Shown here: positions 46,693-54,779 of the stretch, in pieces
Layout of the letters: every line of letters begins with the position of its first letter
Position numbering within the stretch: the first letter of the stretch is position 1
Assembly (NCBI GenBank): GCA_020846535.1
Contig: JADLDR010000140.1
Coordinates: 14,253-78,252 of the forward strand
DNA: 64,000 bases
Direction: 5' to 3'
Source of the DNA: Armatimonadota bacterium
GTDB taxonomy: Bacteria > Armatimonadota > JADLDR01
Notes under the pieces: model-generated
What the model saw: the letters and a program-made list of their open reading frames with translations, nothing else
The model's database searches: none
What the model was told of the DNA's origin: nothing
Program-made: the position numbers and the translations under genes

Positions 46693-47598
46693 ATGACAGC
46701 GGGACAGGGGGAAGCGAAGGAGAAGAGGCAGTGGGAGAGGATGCTCCCTGCGGAATTCCGGGCGGCGGTGGATGCGTTGCCCGTAGTCTTTTTGCCGCTG
46801 GGCACGGTGGAATGGCACGGAGAGCATAACGCCCTGGGGCTGGACGCCCTGAAAGCGCACGCTCTCTGCGTCATGGCCGCCAGACGGGCGGGTGGGGGAG
46901 TGGTTCACCCTCCCCTCTACGGCGGGATGGGCGGGCTGGACAAGCCCGCCACGGTCATTATCGAGGAGGAATTGTCCTGGGAGAACTACCTCCTGCGCCC
47001 CTGGCTGGAACGCCTGTGCAGCGAGTTCGAGCGGCTCGGCTTCGAGGCGGCGATCATCCTGACCGGCCACTACGGGCACAACCAGCAGATCGTCGTCCGG
47101 GAAGTGGCCGCCCGGATGACAGAACGGCTGCAAATCCCCATCCTGGGAACCGCCGAGTACTGGCTGGCGCAGGATGCCGGCTACCTGGGAGACCACGCGG
47201 GCATCGGGGAAACCTCCCTTCTCTCCTTCTTGCACCCGCCTCTTGTCGTCATCGAACGCCTGAAAGACGATGTTGACTACGGGCGCACTGACGCTATTGC
47301 CAGAGGCGCGTCCGCCGAACTGGGAAAGCGATACGCCGACCTCATCGTGGAGCGGCTGGCCCGGTTGGCCGCCTCGATGATCCGCTGGGATGACGCCTCA
47401 CGCTCCGCCTTTGTCAGAAGCGAGCGGGCTTTCGTCTCCGCGCAGGTGAAGGGCTGGCGCACCGAGCATCCCTGGGCCGCATGGGACAGGATGTTTACCG
47501 GCGAACTGACCTCCTACGGCGCTCTCCTGGTGGAGGAACGCTTCCAGGACATCGAGAATCTTGTGGAAGAGCTTCTTCATAAGGAGTTGAAAACGTGA
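46693..47598 (+). CDS. Creatininase-family amidohydrolase
   Basis: AAGGAGG ribosome-binding site. Motifs LPLGTVEWHGEHNALGLD and ILTGHYGHN are typical of creatinine amidohydrolase / MftE-like enzymes. Confidence 0.8.
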   Translation: MTAGQGEAKEKRQWERMLPAEFRAAVDALPVVFLPLGTVEWHGEHNALGLDALKAHALCVMAARRAGGGVVHPPLYGGMGGLDKPATVIIEEELSWENYLLRPWLERLCSEFERLGFEAAIILTGHYGHNQQIVVREVAARMTERLQIPILGTAEYWLAQDAGYLGDHAGIGETSLLSFLHPPLVVIERLKDDVDYGRTDAIARGASAELGKRYADLIVERLARLAASMIRWDDASRSAFVRSERAFVSAQVKGWRTEHPWAAWDRMFTGELTSYGALLVEERFQDIENLVEELLHKELKT

Positions 47599-48437
47599 CG
47601 CAAACGGCGTTTACATTGGGCATGGGACAGATGCTGGTCGAAGGCGGAGAGCCGGAGCGCAACCTGGAGCGGGCCGTCGAGATGATCCGGCTGGCCGCCG
47701 CGCAGGAATGCCGGGCGGTTGTCCTGCCGGAATGTCTCGATTTGGGATGGGCTTTCCCGGAGGCCGCCCGGCTGGCTTTCCCTATCCCCGGCCCGAACAG
47801 CGACCGGCTGGCCGAAGCCGCGCGGGATGGGGGTGTCTATGTGGCCGCCGGGCTGACCGAAAAGGAAGAAGGCCGGCTCTACAATGCCGCCGTTCTGATC
47901 GGCCCGGAAGGGCGAATCCTGCTGAAGCACCGCAAAATCAATATCCTGACCGGCGTGGAGGGCATCTATTCCACTGGCGACCGGCTGGGGGTGGCGCGGA
48001 CCGATCTTGGAACCATCGGCGTCAACATCTGCGCCGATAATTTTCCGAACTCGCTGGCCCTCGGGCATTCGCTGGCCCGGATGGGAGCGCAGGTCATTCT
48101 CTCCCCTTCCGCATGGGCCGTCGAGGCCGATCATGACAACGCAAAATCGCCCTACGGCGGCATGTGGAGAGAGGCATATGCTTCCCTGGCCCGCCTTTAC
48201 GGAATTTCGGTGGTGGGCGTCAGCAACGTGGGCCGGATCACCGCCGGGCCGTGGCAGGGTATGAAGTGCATCGGCTGCTCCCTGTCCGTGGGGCCGGACG
48301 GATGCGTGGCCGCCGAAGGCCCTTACGGCGAGATGGCCGAAAGCCTGGTCCCCGTCCGCATTCAAACGGCGGAGCCTTCCGCCACCGGAACCGATATTGC
48401 CGGCATGCTGGCCGATAAAGGCTATAATGGGTCGTAG
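47595..48437 (+). CDS. Carbon-nitrogen hydrolase (nitrilase superfamily) protein
   Basis: GTG start overlaps the upstream stop (GTGA). Triad contexts are VVLPE, KHRKINI and GVNICADN. Confidence 0.8.
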   Translation: MTQTAFTLGMGQMLVEGGEPERNLERAVEMIRLAAAQECRAVVLPECLDLGWAFPEAARLAFPIPGPNSDRLAEAARDGGVYVAAGLTEKEEGRLYNAAVLIGPEGRILLKHRKINILTGVEGIYSTGDRLGVARTDLGTIGVNICADNFPNSLALGHSLARMGAQVILSPSAWAVEADHDNAKSPYGGMWREAYASLARLYGISVVGVSNVGRITAGPWQGMKCIGCSLSVGPDGCVAAEGPYGEMAESLVPVRIQTAEPSATGTDIAGMLADKGYNGS

Positions 48438-48470
48438 GCCGGATCAAAGATCGGATCGATGTTATAGAGG

Positions 48471-48603
48471 CAGGGTTGTCGTTTTATGTCATTGCGAGGA
48501 GCGGAAGCTCCGCGGCAATCTCCAGGGCCACGCCAACGAGCAGAGCCTTTTGGCTTCTTTGGTACGCCGGAGATTGCCGTGTCGCTTCGCTCCTCGCAAT
48601 GAC
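48471..48603. repeat. Palindromic intergenic element family, complete copy
   Basis: GTCATTGCGAGGAGCGGAAGCTCCGCGGCAATCTCCAGG, a roughly 40-nt spacer containing CAGAGCCTTTTGG, then CCGGAGATTGCCGTGTCGCTTCGCTCCTCGCAATGAC. Confidence 0.85.
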
Positions 48604-48653
48604 AGCCATGCTTTTCTTATTAGACGTGATATTATACAACAGGAGTATTCAGT

Positions 48654-49886
48654 ATGGAACTAAATGCGCTAGAAAAGAGTCTGATGGCGGCGATGGAGGA
48701 GTTCGAGATTATCGACTGCCACGAGCATTTGGGGCCGGAGAAGAACCGTCTGGCGGCTGAGGTGGATGTTTTCACCCTCTTTGCCCACTATACCCGGGGC
48801 GACCTGTCGGTGGCAGGCATGTCGGAGACGGTTTACCAGTCCCTCTTCAACCGTGATATCCCGCTCTCCCGCCGGTGGGAAATTTTCGCTCCTTTCTGGA
48901 AGCAGATCCGGTGGGGTTCTTACGCCCGGGCCGCCCTGCTGGCTGCTGAAAAGTTCTATGGAGCGTCCGATATCAATGAGAACACCTATCAGGCGATCTC
49001 CGAGGCGATGCGGGCGGCCAACACGCCCGGCATCTATGAGCGCGTGCTGAAAGATGCCTGTAAGATCAGGACTTCCCTGACGCAATGCGGTTCTACCGAT
49101 CTGGGAACGCCGCTTCTCACCCCGGTCATGCCTCTGATTTCCGGGGAGGTGGAAAGCTGGAACTCTCTGACGCATCCTGCCTTCGAGCCGGAGGCGCAGG
49201 TGCGCTTCCTGGATGATTATCTGGATGCCGTCCGGCGCTACGTCATGAGGGTCAAGAGCGAAGGGGCCGTGGGGCTGAAAATGATGTCCAATCCCTATGA
49301 GTCACCCGATCGGTCCGAAGCGATGAGCGCTTTCGAGAGGCTTCGCAGCGGGGCCGAATCGCGGCTGCCCTCTCCCAACCCGCTCAGGGACTATATCGTC
49401 GACCGGATCATCGATTTTGCGGCCAGCCAGGATATGGTCGTCGCCGTCCATACCGGCTACTGGGGAGATTTCCGCACCCTCGACCCGCTGCACATGATCC
49501 CTATCCTCCAGAGACATCCGAAGGCTCGGTTCGATATTTACCACCTGGGCTATCCCTGGGTGCGAGAGGCGCTGATGCTGGGCAAGGGGTTCCCTAATGT
49601 CTGGCTCAATCTCTGCTGGACGCATATTATCTCTCAGCGGTTCGTGGTGGCCGCGCTCGATGAGGCCATCGATCTCATCCCCATGAACAAGCTCCTGGCC
49701 TTCGGCGGCGATTACGGCCTGCCGGTCGAGAAGGTCTACGGCCATCTGGTCATGGCCCGCGAAGATATCGCCCGCGTGCTGGCCCTCCGCATCGCCGAAG
49801 GCCAGATGACCGAAACCCAGGCCCTCTCCCTGGCCCATCAATGGTTCTGGGAGAATCCGAAGGAATTGTACCGGCTGGACGTATAA
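48654..49886 (+). CDS. Amidohydrolase-superfamily metal-dependent TIM-barrel hydrolase
   Basis: AGGAG ribosome-binding site. N-terminal metal ligands IIDCHEHLG, then VAVHTGY and the late FGGDYG block. Confidence 0.7.
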   Translation: MELNALEKSLMAAMEEFEIIDCHEHLGPEKNRLAAEVDVFTLFAHYTRGDLSVAGMSETVYQSLFNRDIPLSRRWEIFAPFWKQIRWGSYARAALLAAEKFYGASDINENTYQAISEAMRAANTPGIYERVLKDACKIRTSLTQCGSTDLGTPLLTPVMPLISGEVESWNSLTHPAFEPEAQVRFLDDYLDAVRRYVMRVKSEGAVGLKMMSNPYESPDRSEAMSAFERLRSGAESRLPSPNPLRDYIVDRIIDFAASQDMVVAVHTGYWGDFRTLDPLHMIPILQRHPKARFDIYHLGYPWVREALMLGKGFPNVWLNLCWTHIISQRFVVAALDEAIDLIPMNKLLAFGGDYGLPVEKVYGHLVMAREDIARVLALRIAEGQMTETQALSLAHQWFWENPKELYRLDV

Positions 49887-49907
49887 AGGGGAGGGCGGCG
49901 TATTCAG

Positions 49908-50666
49908 ATGAACAGCCATGCGGACGCCTACGGGCAGGAGATCGATGCCTATCGGAGAAGCGAGTGCGATTACGAGGTAGTCGAACGGGAGGACGGCTAT
50001 ATCGATGCCTGTGCAGGCGGCCCGGCGGTTTATTTTTCGGAATATGAGCAGTGGCCCGCCTCGCACAAGAAGGCGATGGCTTACGCCTCAGGGCGGGCGC
50101 TGGATATCGGGTGCGGAGCGGGCAGGCATTCGCTCTATCTGCAAAGCCGGGGATGCGACGTCCTGGGCATCGATCTCTCCCCGCTGGCTGTCGAAACCTG
50201 CCGGGCCAGGGGGCTGAAAAGGGTGGATCAGCTTTCCATCACGCAGGTCACCCCGGCGCTCGGAACCTTCGACACCATCCTGATGATGGGGAACAATTTC
50301 GGGCTGTTCGGCGGCTTCAAGCGGGCCAGGTGGCTTCTGAAGCGATTCTACCGGATGACCTCCCCGCAGGCCCTTATCATCGCCGAAAGCCGGGACCCTT
50401 ATCAGACCGCCGAGCCGGAACACTTAGCCTACCACGAGTACAACCGGAAGCGGGGCCGGATGTCCGGTCAGGTGCGAATCCGCATCCGCCACAAGAAATC
50501 TATCGGCCCCTGGTTCGACTACCTGCTGGTTTCCCGGGAGGAAATGCAGTCCATCCTCCGGGGAACCGGCTGGGAGGTTCAGGAATTTATCGAGGGCGGG
50601 AACGGGATGTACATCGCGGTTATCGGGAAAGAAGGGATGGAAGAGGGGGCCTCCGATCTTTCCTAA
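49908..50666 (+). CDS. Class I SAM-dependent methyltransferase
   Basis: Motif I ALDIGCGAGRHSLYL, then the acidic post-I VLGIDLS. Confidence 0.8.
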   Translation: MNSHADAYGQEIDAYRRSECDYEVVEREDGYIDACAGGPAVYFSEYEQWPASHKKAMAYASGRALDIGCGAGRHSLYLQSRGCDVLGIDLSPLAVETCRARGLKRVDQLSITQVTPALGTFDTILMMGNNFGLFGGFKRARWLLKRFYRMTSPQALIIAESRDPYQTAEPEHLAYHEYNRKRGRMSGQVRIRIRHKKSIGPWFDYLLVSREEMQSILRGTGWEVQEFIEGGNGMYIAVIGKEGMEEGASDLS

Positions 50667-51767
50667 TTCGGAAAGTACCGGTACATATCGATGCCCAATG
50701 CCATGCCCACGGATGTCCACAGGCTGGCGATCACATAATCGCCCAGGATCAGGCCGATGAAGAAGGGGAGAGCGCGGCGGTAGGCGCGCATCCCGCCGAA
50801 GCGCAAGGTCAGCCATTTCGCCAGCCAGCCCGGAAAGAAGGGAACCAGAGGAGGTCAGGCTGGTGGTCTTCAGCATGGCCGTATAGGAGGGATAGGCGCT
50901 CGGATAGCGGCCATCCAGGGAGGCGATGTTGCCGTAAAAGTGGATGCCGATGAAGTCGAGCCGCACCTTCCGGGCCGCGCAGTCCTTCAGGAACCACTCG
51001 ATCCAGTTGAAATCCCCGAATTTGAACGAAAACGCCCAGGCGAGGGCCGGGCCGCCCAGGGACACTTTCAGGCCGGTTTTTTTCTCATATTCGTCCGCGG
51101 CCTCGGCGGCATGGCGGTAGACCTCGAAATAGCTCCGGTAGAGCGCGTCGCTGCCCATCCCCATCTTCGGCCCGGGCAGCCTAGGAAACTGGCCGTCGAT
51201 GTCCGGTTCGTTACCCACCTCAAAACGCGCTTTGGGGAAACGCTTTTTGACCAGAACATAGTCGAAATAGGCCTTGCAGTGGGCCTTGAATCTGGCCCAA
51301 TCCCCGTTCCAGTAGACATAGGGGCCGGGCTGCTGCCCCAGCACCCCCAGCCGCTTATGAACCTCCTCGTTCGATACCCGCAGCGGTTCGGGGACGCTCA
51401 TGCCGAAAACGATATGCGGGTTCGCCCCGACCTCCTGGCAGGCTTCCAGGTGCGCGTCCAGCCTCCCAGGACTTTCCGAAAGGATAAAGCGCCCGCCAGG
51501 GTCAAAGCCGCCGGGCAGCAGGTCTACATTGATGCAGCGGATGTAGCGCATCCCTAAAGCCTTGAGCGCCCGGGCCGTATCCCGATTCGGGGCGAACTCC
51601 CAGCCGACCCCGGAGGCCAGCTTTTTCAGCTTCGCCAGATCGTCCGTCCCGCTCCGGCTCATCGGCTGGCGGGCATTCATCCTGACAGTCAGGCTTTCCG
51701 CTGCCCGAGCAGGCGCACCGGGACAGGGAAGGGCCGTTCCTACCAGTAGCAGCAAGCAGAACCGCAT
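50663..51767 (-). pseudogene. Truncated clan GH-A glycoside hydrolase joined to a C-terminal fragment of a membrane protein
   Basis: Residues 1-300 have a signal peptide, FEVGNEPD and DFIGIHFYG, and look genuine. After about 50870 the track ORF becomes nonsense and overlaps the opposite methyltransferase gene. A +1 frame (50854..50663) instead reads PPLVPFFPGWLAKWLTLRFGGMRAYRRALPFFIGLILGDYVIASLWTSVGMALGIDMYRYFPN*. Confidence 0.55.
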
Positions 51768-51802
51768 ACAAGACTCCTTTTGAAGACTTCATTGATCACG
51801 CC

Positions 51803-51877
51803 CACGCACAGAGCCATCTCGCGTATTTGCTACGCTGGAGATTGCCGCAAAGCTAAATCTCCTCACAGACTGCATCG
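51803..51877. repeat. Palindromic intergenic element family, spacer plus right arm
   Basis: CACGCACAGAGCCATCTC... followed by CTGGAGATTGCCGCAAAGCTAAATCTCCTCACAGACTGCATCG. Compare 59681..59764. Confidence 0.7.
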
Positions 51878-52023
51878 CCGGCGCTGTGCCCCTCTCCGTA
51901 AAAAGCAGAGGTTTTATGGTCATCGGCCTTCCCGCCGCATCAGGCCAATGCAGGATTTGTCGTTCTCTGTATCGAAGCATGATGGAAACCGGCTGCCGCC
52001 GGAGGATCAAGGAGGGGTACATC

Positions 52024-52965
52024 ATGCAATACCGTCATTTGGGAGGTTCGGGCGTCCGGGTAAGCGAGGTCTGCCTGGGAAGCTGGCTGACCTACGGGGC
52101 GGCGGTAGATGAGGAACGGGCCGCAGGCTGCATCCGCAGGGCGTACGACCTGGGCATCAACTTTTTCGATACCGCCAATGTCTATGCCCGCGGGGAAGCT
52201 GAGAAGGTGGTGGGCAAGTATCTGAAGGAGTTCCAGCGCGACTCCTTCGTGCTGGCGACCAAGTGCTTTTTCCCGATGGGCGACGGGCCGAACGACCGCA
52301 GCCTTTCCCGCAAGCACATCATGGAACAATGTCACCTCAGCCTGAAACGCCTCCAGGTGGATTACATCGACCTCTACCAGTGCCACCGTTTCGATGTCGA
52401 AACCCCGCTTGAAGAAACGCTGCGCGCCCTGGACGATCTGGTCACTCAGGGTAAAGTGCTTTATATAGGCTTTTCCGAATGGTCGGCAGGCCAGATCGCG
52501 GAGGCGCTCGGGCTTCAGAGGCAGATGAACATGGACCGCTTCGTTTCGAGCCAGCCCTACTACAATATGCTGGGCCGGGGCATCGAAAAGGAAGTGATCC
52601 CCCTTTGCCAGCGCGAAGGCATCGGGCAGATCGTCTTCTCCCCGCTGGCCCAGGGCGTTCTGACAGGCAAGTATGCTCCCGGCCAGCCGCCTCCCCAGGA
52701 CAGCCGGGCCGCCGATCCCAATGCCAACATGTTCTTGTTCCTCAACGACGAGACGCTGAAGAAAGTGCAGAATCTCCGTCCTATCGCCGAAAGCTGCGGC
52801 CTGTCGATGGCTCAACTGGCCCTGGCCTGGTGCCTGCGCCTCTCGAACATCTCCAGTGTCATTGTCGGCGCATCCCGTCCGGCGCAGGTGGAAGATAACG
52901 CCAAAGCCTCCGGGGTCACCCTCTCCCCGGAGGCCCTGGCGGCCATCGACCAGGCTCTGGGGTAG
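52024..52965 (+). CDS. Aldo/keto reductase
   Basis: Trimmed to ATG 52024 (AAGGAGG upstream). Sequence includes MQYRHLGGSGVRVSEVCLGSW, FFDTANVY, YIDLYQCHR and VIVGASRPAQVEDN. Confidence 0.85.
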   Translation: MQYRHLGGSGVRVSEVCLGSWLTYGAAVDEERAAGCIRRAYDLGINFFDTANVYARGEAEKVVGKYLKEFQRDSFVLATKCFFPMGDGPNDRSLSRKHIMEQCHLSLKRLQVDYIDLYQCHRFDVETPLEETLRALDDLVTQGKVLYIGFSEWSAGQIAEALGLQRQMNMDRFVSSQPYYNMLGRGIEKEVIPLCQREGIGQIVFSPLAQGVLTGKYAPGQPPPQDSRAADPNANMFLFLNDETLKKVQNLRPIAESCGLSMAQLALAWCLRLSNISSVIVGASRPAQVEDNAKASGVTLSPEALAAIDQALG

Positions 52966-52973
52966 GTTTGGGG

Positions 52974-53074
52974 GATGGCGCTTTGAACACGGATAAAAGC
53001 AGGATAAACACGGATATTTTTTTATCGGTACTCATCCGTTCTGATCGGTGTTCATCTGTGGTAAAAGCGCCATC
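52974..53074. repeat. Second type of palindromic intergenic element (single copy in the window)
   Basis: Perfect 11-bp outer arms GATGGCGCTTT / AAAGCGCCATC. They enclose imperfect inner arms TGAACACGGATAAA.. / ..ATCGGTGTTCA. The element lies between the AKR stop and the rpsT promoter. Confidence 0.7.
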
Positions 53075-53097
53075 CTCTCATAAACTTTGCAAAAATC

Positions 53098-53126
53098 TTG
53101 CAATCCGGCGGGGAATGTGCTATAAT
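53098..53126 (+). promoter_or_regulatory. Near-consensus sigma70-type promoter of rpsT
   Basis: TTGCAA (53098-53103), a 17-nt spacer, then TATAAT (53121-53126). GGAGG follows, then the TTG start 25 nt downstream of the -10 element. Confidence 0.65.
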
Positions 53127-53150
53127 AACCACTTGGAAGGAGGTCATAAC

Positions 53151-53438
53151 TTGCCTAACATAAAATCCGTTATCAAAGATGTGAAGAAGTCGCGGCAGCG
53201 ACATTTGCGGAACCAGTCCGTGAAATCCGCCCTGAAAACATATGTCAAGAAGGCCCGGCAGGCCGTGGACGTCGCCGATTTCCAGGCCGCTCCGGATGCC
53301 GTCGTCCTGGCTTCCCGGAAGCTCGATAAGGCTGTTTCCAAAGGCATTATCCATAAGAACCAGGCTGCCCGCCGGAAATCCCGTCTGATGAAGCGGCTCA
53401 ACAAGGCCCAGGCCGCCGCTGCTCTGACAGAAGCGTAA
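53151..53438 (+). CDS. rpsT: 30S ribosomal protein S20
   Basis: TTG start with GGAGG 7 nt upstream. Sequence is PNIKSVIKDVKKSRQRHLRNQSVKSALKTYVKKA...GIIHKNQAARRKSRLMKRL. The track ORF 52968.. is a spurious 5' extension through the repeat. Confidence 0.9.
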   Translation: MPNIKSVIKDVKKSRQRHLRNQSVKSALKTYVKKARQAVDVADFQAAPDAVVLASRKLDKAVSKGIIHKNQAARRKSRLMKRLNKAQAAAALTEA

Positions 53439-53541
53439 ACGGTTTTCAGAAGCGTTTCGAGATTTCGACGAAAGAGGCACCCCCGCGTCCCCTGAACGGC
53501 TCCCATCGACTCGCAAACCGACAAGACATCTCCTATTTTCG

Positions 53542-53580
53542 AGACACCGCCCGTCACCAGGGGCCGGTGTCTTTTGTTTT
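53542..53580 (+). terminator. Rho-independent terminator downstream of rpsT
   Basis: AGACACCGCC ... GGCCGGTGTCT stem followed by TTTTGTTTT. Confidence 0.65.
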
Positions 53581-53603
53581 ATAATCAGGAGGTCAATCGC
53601 CCG

Positions 53604-54374
53604 ATGAACCAGGTTACCCTCGGCAACTTCGATCCGCTGGCAAAGGCATACGAGGCTGCCCGGCCCGGCTATCCCCGGGGACTGCTTGAAAAGCTCCTGT
53701 CCAGGGTAGATTTGCGGGAAGGGGAAAGAATTGTGGATATCGGGGCCGGAACAGGCAAGTTCACGCGCCTTCTGGCGGTTTCCGGGCATTCGGTCACCGC
53801 GGTGGAGCCGGGGGAGGCGATGCGAGCCGAAGGCATACGGGCAACCGCATCTCCGGGGCTTTCGATTGACTGGCGGCCCGGAACCGCGGAGGATACCGGG
53901 CTGCCGGATGCCTGCGCGGGCTGGGTGGCGCTGGCCCAGGCCTTCCACTGGGTCAGGCCGGAGGCGGGCCTGCCGGAGATCCACCGGATCCTGCGCGAAG
54001 GAGGCCATCTGACCGTCCTCTGGAACTCGCGCCAGATGGAAGCGGCCCCTCTGCTGCGAGCCGTCCGGCAGCTGATCGACCAAAACGCCCCCGGCTTTGA
54101 GGACAAAGACCACTCCGCTCCCTGGGAGGATGTGCTGGTCTCCACCGGCCACTTCGAGGATGCGGCCATAGACGAGACGGCCCACACCGTCCCCATGTCG
54201 AAGGAACGCTTCCTGAACCTCTGGCGCTCCTACAACAAGCTCCAGGTGCGCCTCGGTCCGGAACGCTTCGCCCGCTTCCTGGAGCAGCTTGGCAGCCGCC
54301 TCGCCGATTGTCCCGAAGAACCCATCGAAATCCCCTACCTCTGCCGGGCCTGGACGGTGAGAAGGGTGGGGTAG
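53604..54374 (+). CDS. Class I SAM-dependent methyltransferase
   Basis: Trimmed to ATG 53604 (AGGAGG upstream). Motif I is IVDIGAGTGKFTRLL, followed by VTAVEPG. Confidence 0.8.
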   Translation: MNQVTLGNFDPLAKAYEAARPGYPRGLLEKLLSRVDLREGERIVDIGAGTGKFTRLLAVSGHSVTAVEPGEAMRAEGIRATASPGLSIDWRPGTAEDTGLPDACAGWVALAQAFHWVRPEAGLPEIHRILREGGHLTVLWNSRQMEAAPLLRAVRQLIDQNAPGFEDKDHSAPWEDVLVSTGHFEDAAIDETAHTVPMSKERFLNLWRSYNKLQVRLGPERFARFLEQLGSRLADCPEEPIEIPYLCRAWTVRRVG

Positions 54375-54779
54375 GGGAGCAACCGCCCCATAGGCATCCA
54401 AATAAGGCTACCTGCCCCGGCGGGACACGATGTCTTATCTTGATCCCTATGGGATGATCGGGCGGCTGGTCCCCAGATAGGCCCAGAGCGAATCTCCCAG
54501 GGACGCCAGGGCGAAAAGACGCCTGCTAGCATAATGCCGCCTCTTGCCTGAACCACACTGGCGCTTCCGCCCTTCAGTCCGCCCAGTATCGGCAGGTTCA
54601 CATAAAAGGACACCGCAAACACGGCGGCGATTACGCCAAAACAAACGAACCAGCGAATATAGGAATGCGTTTTGCCGCTTTTCCGCAACAGCCCCCTCCG
54701 TACAGGAAACGCAAGCGTTTCCCGGAAATGTCCCCTCCTTGCGGCCTTTCGGCCCAGCGACCTGCCAGCCTTGTTTTCC

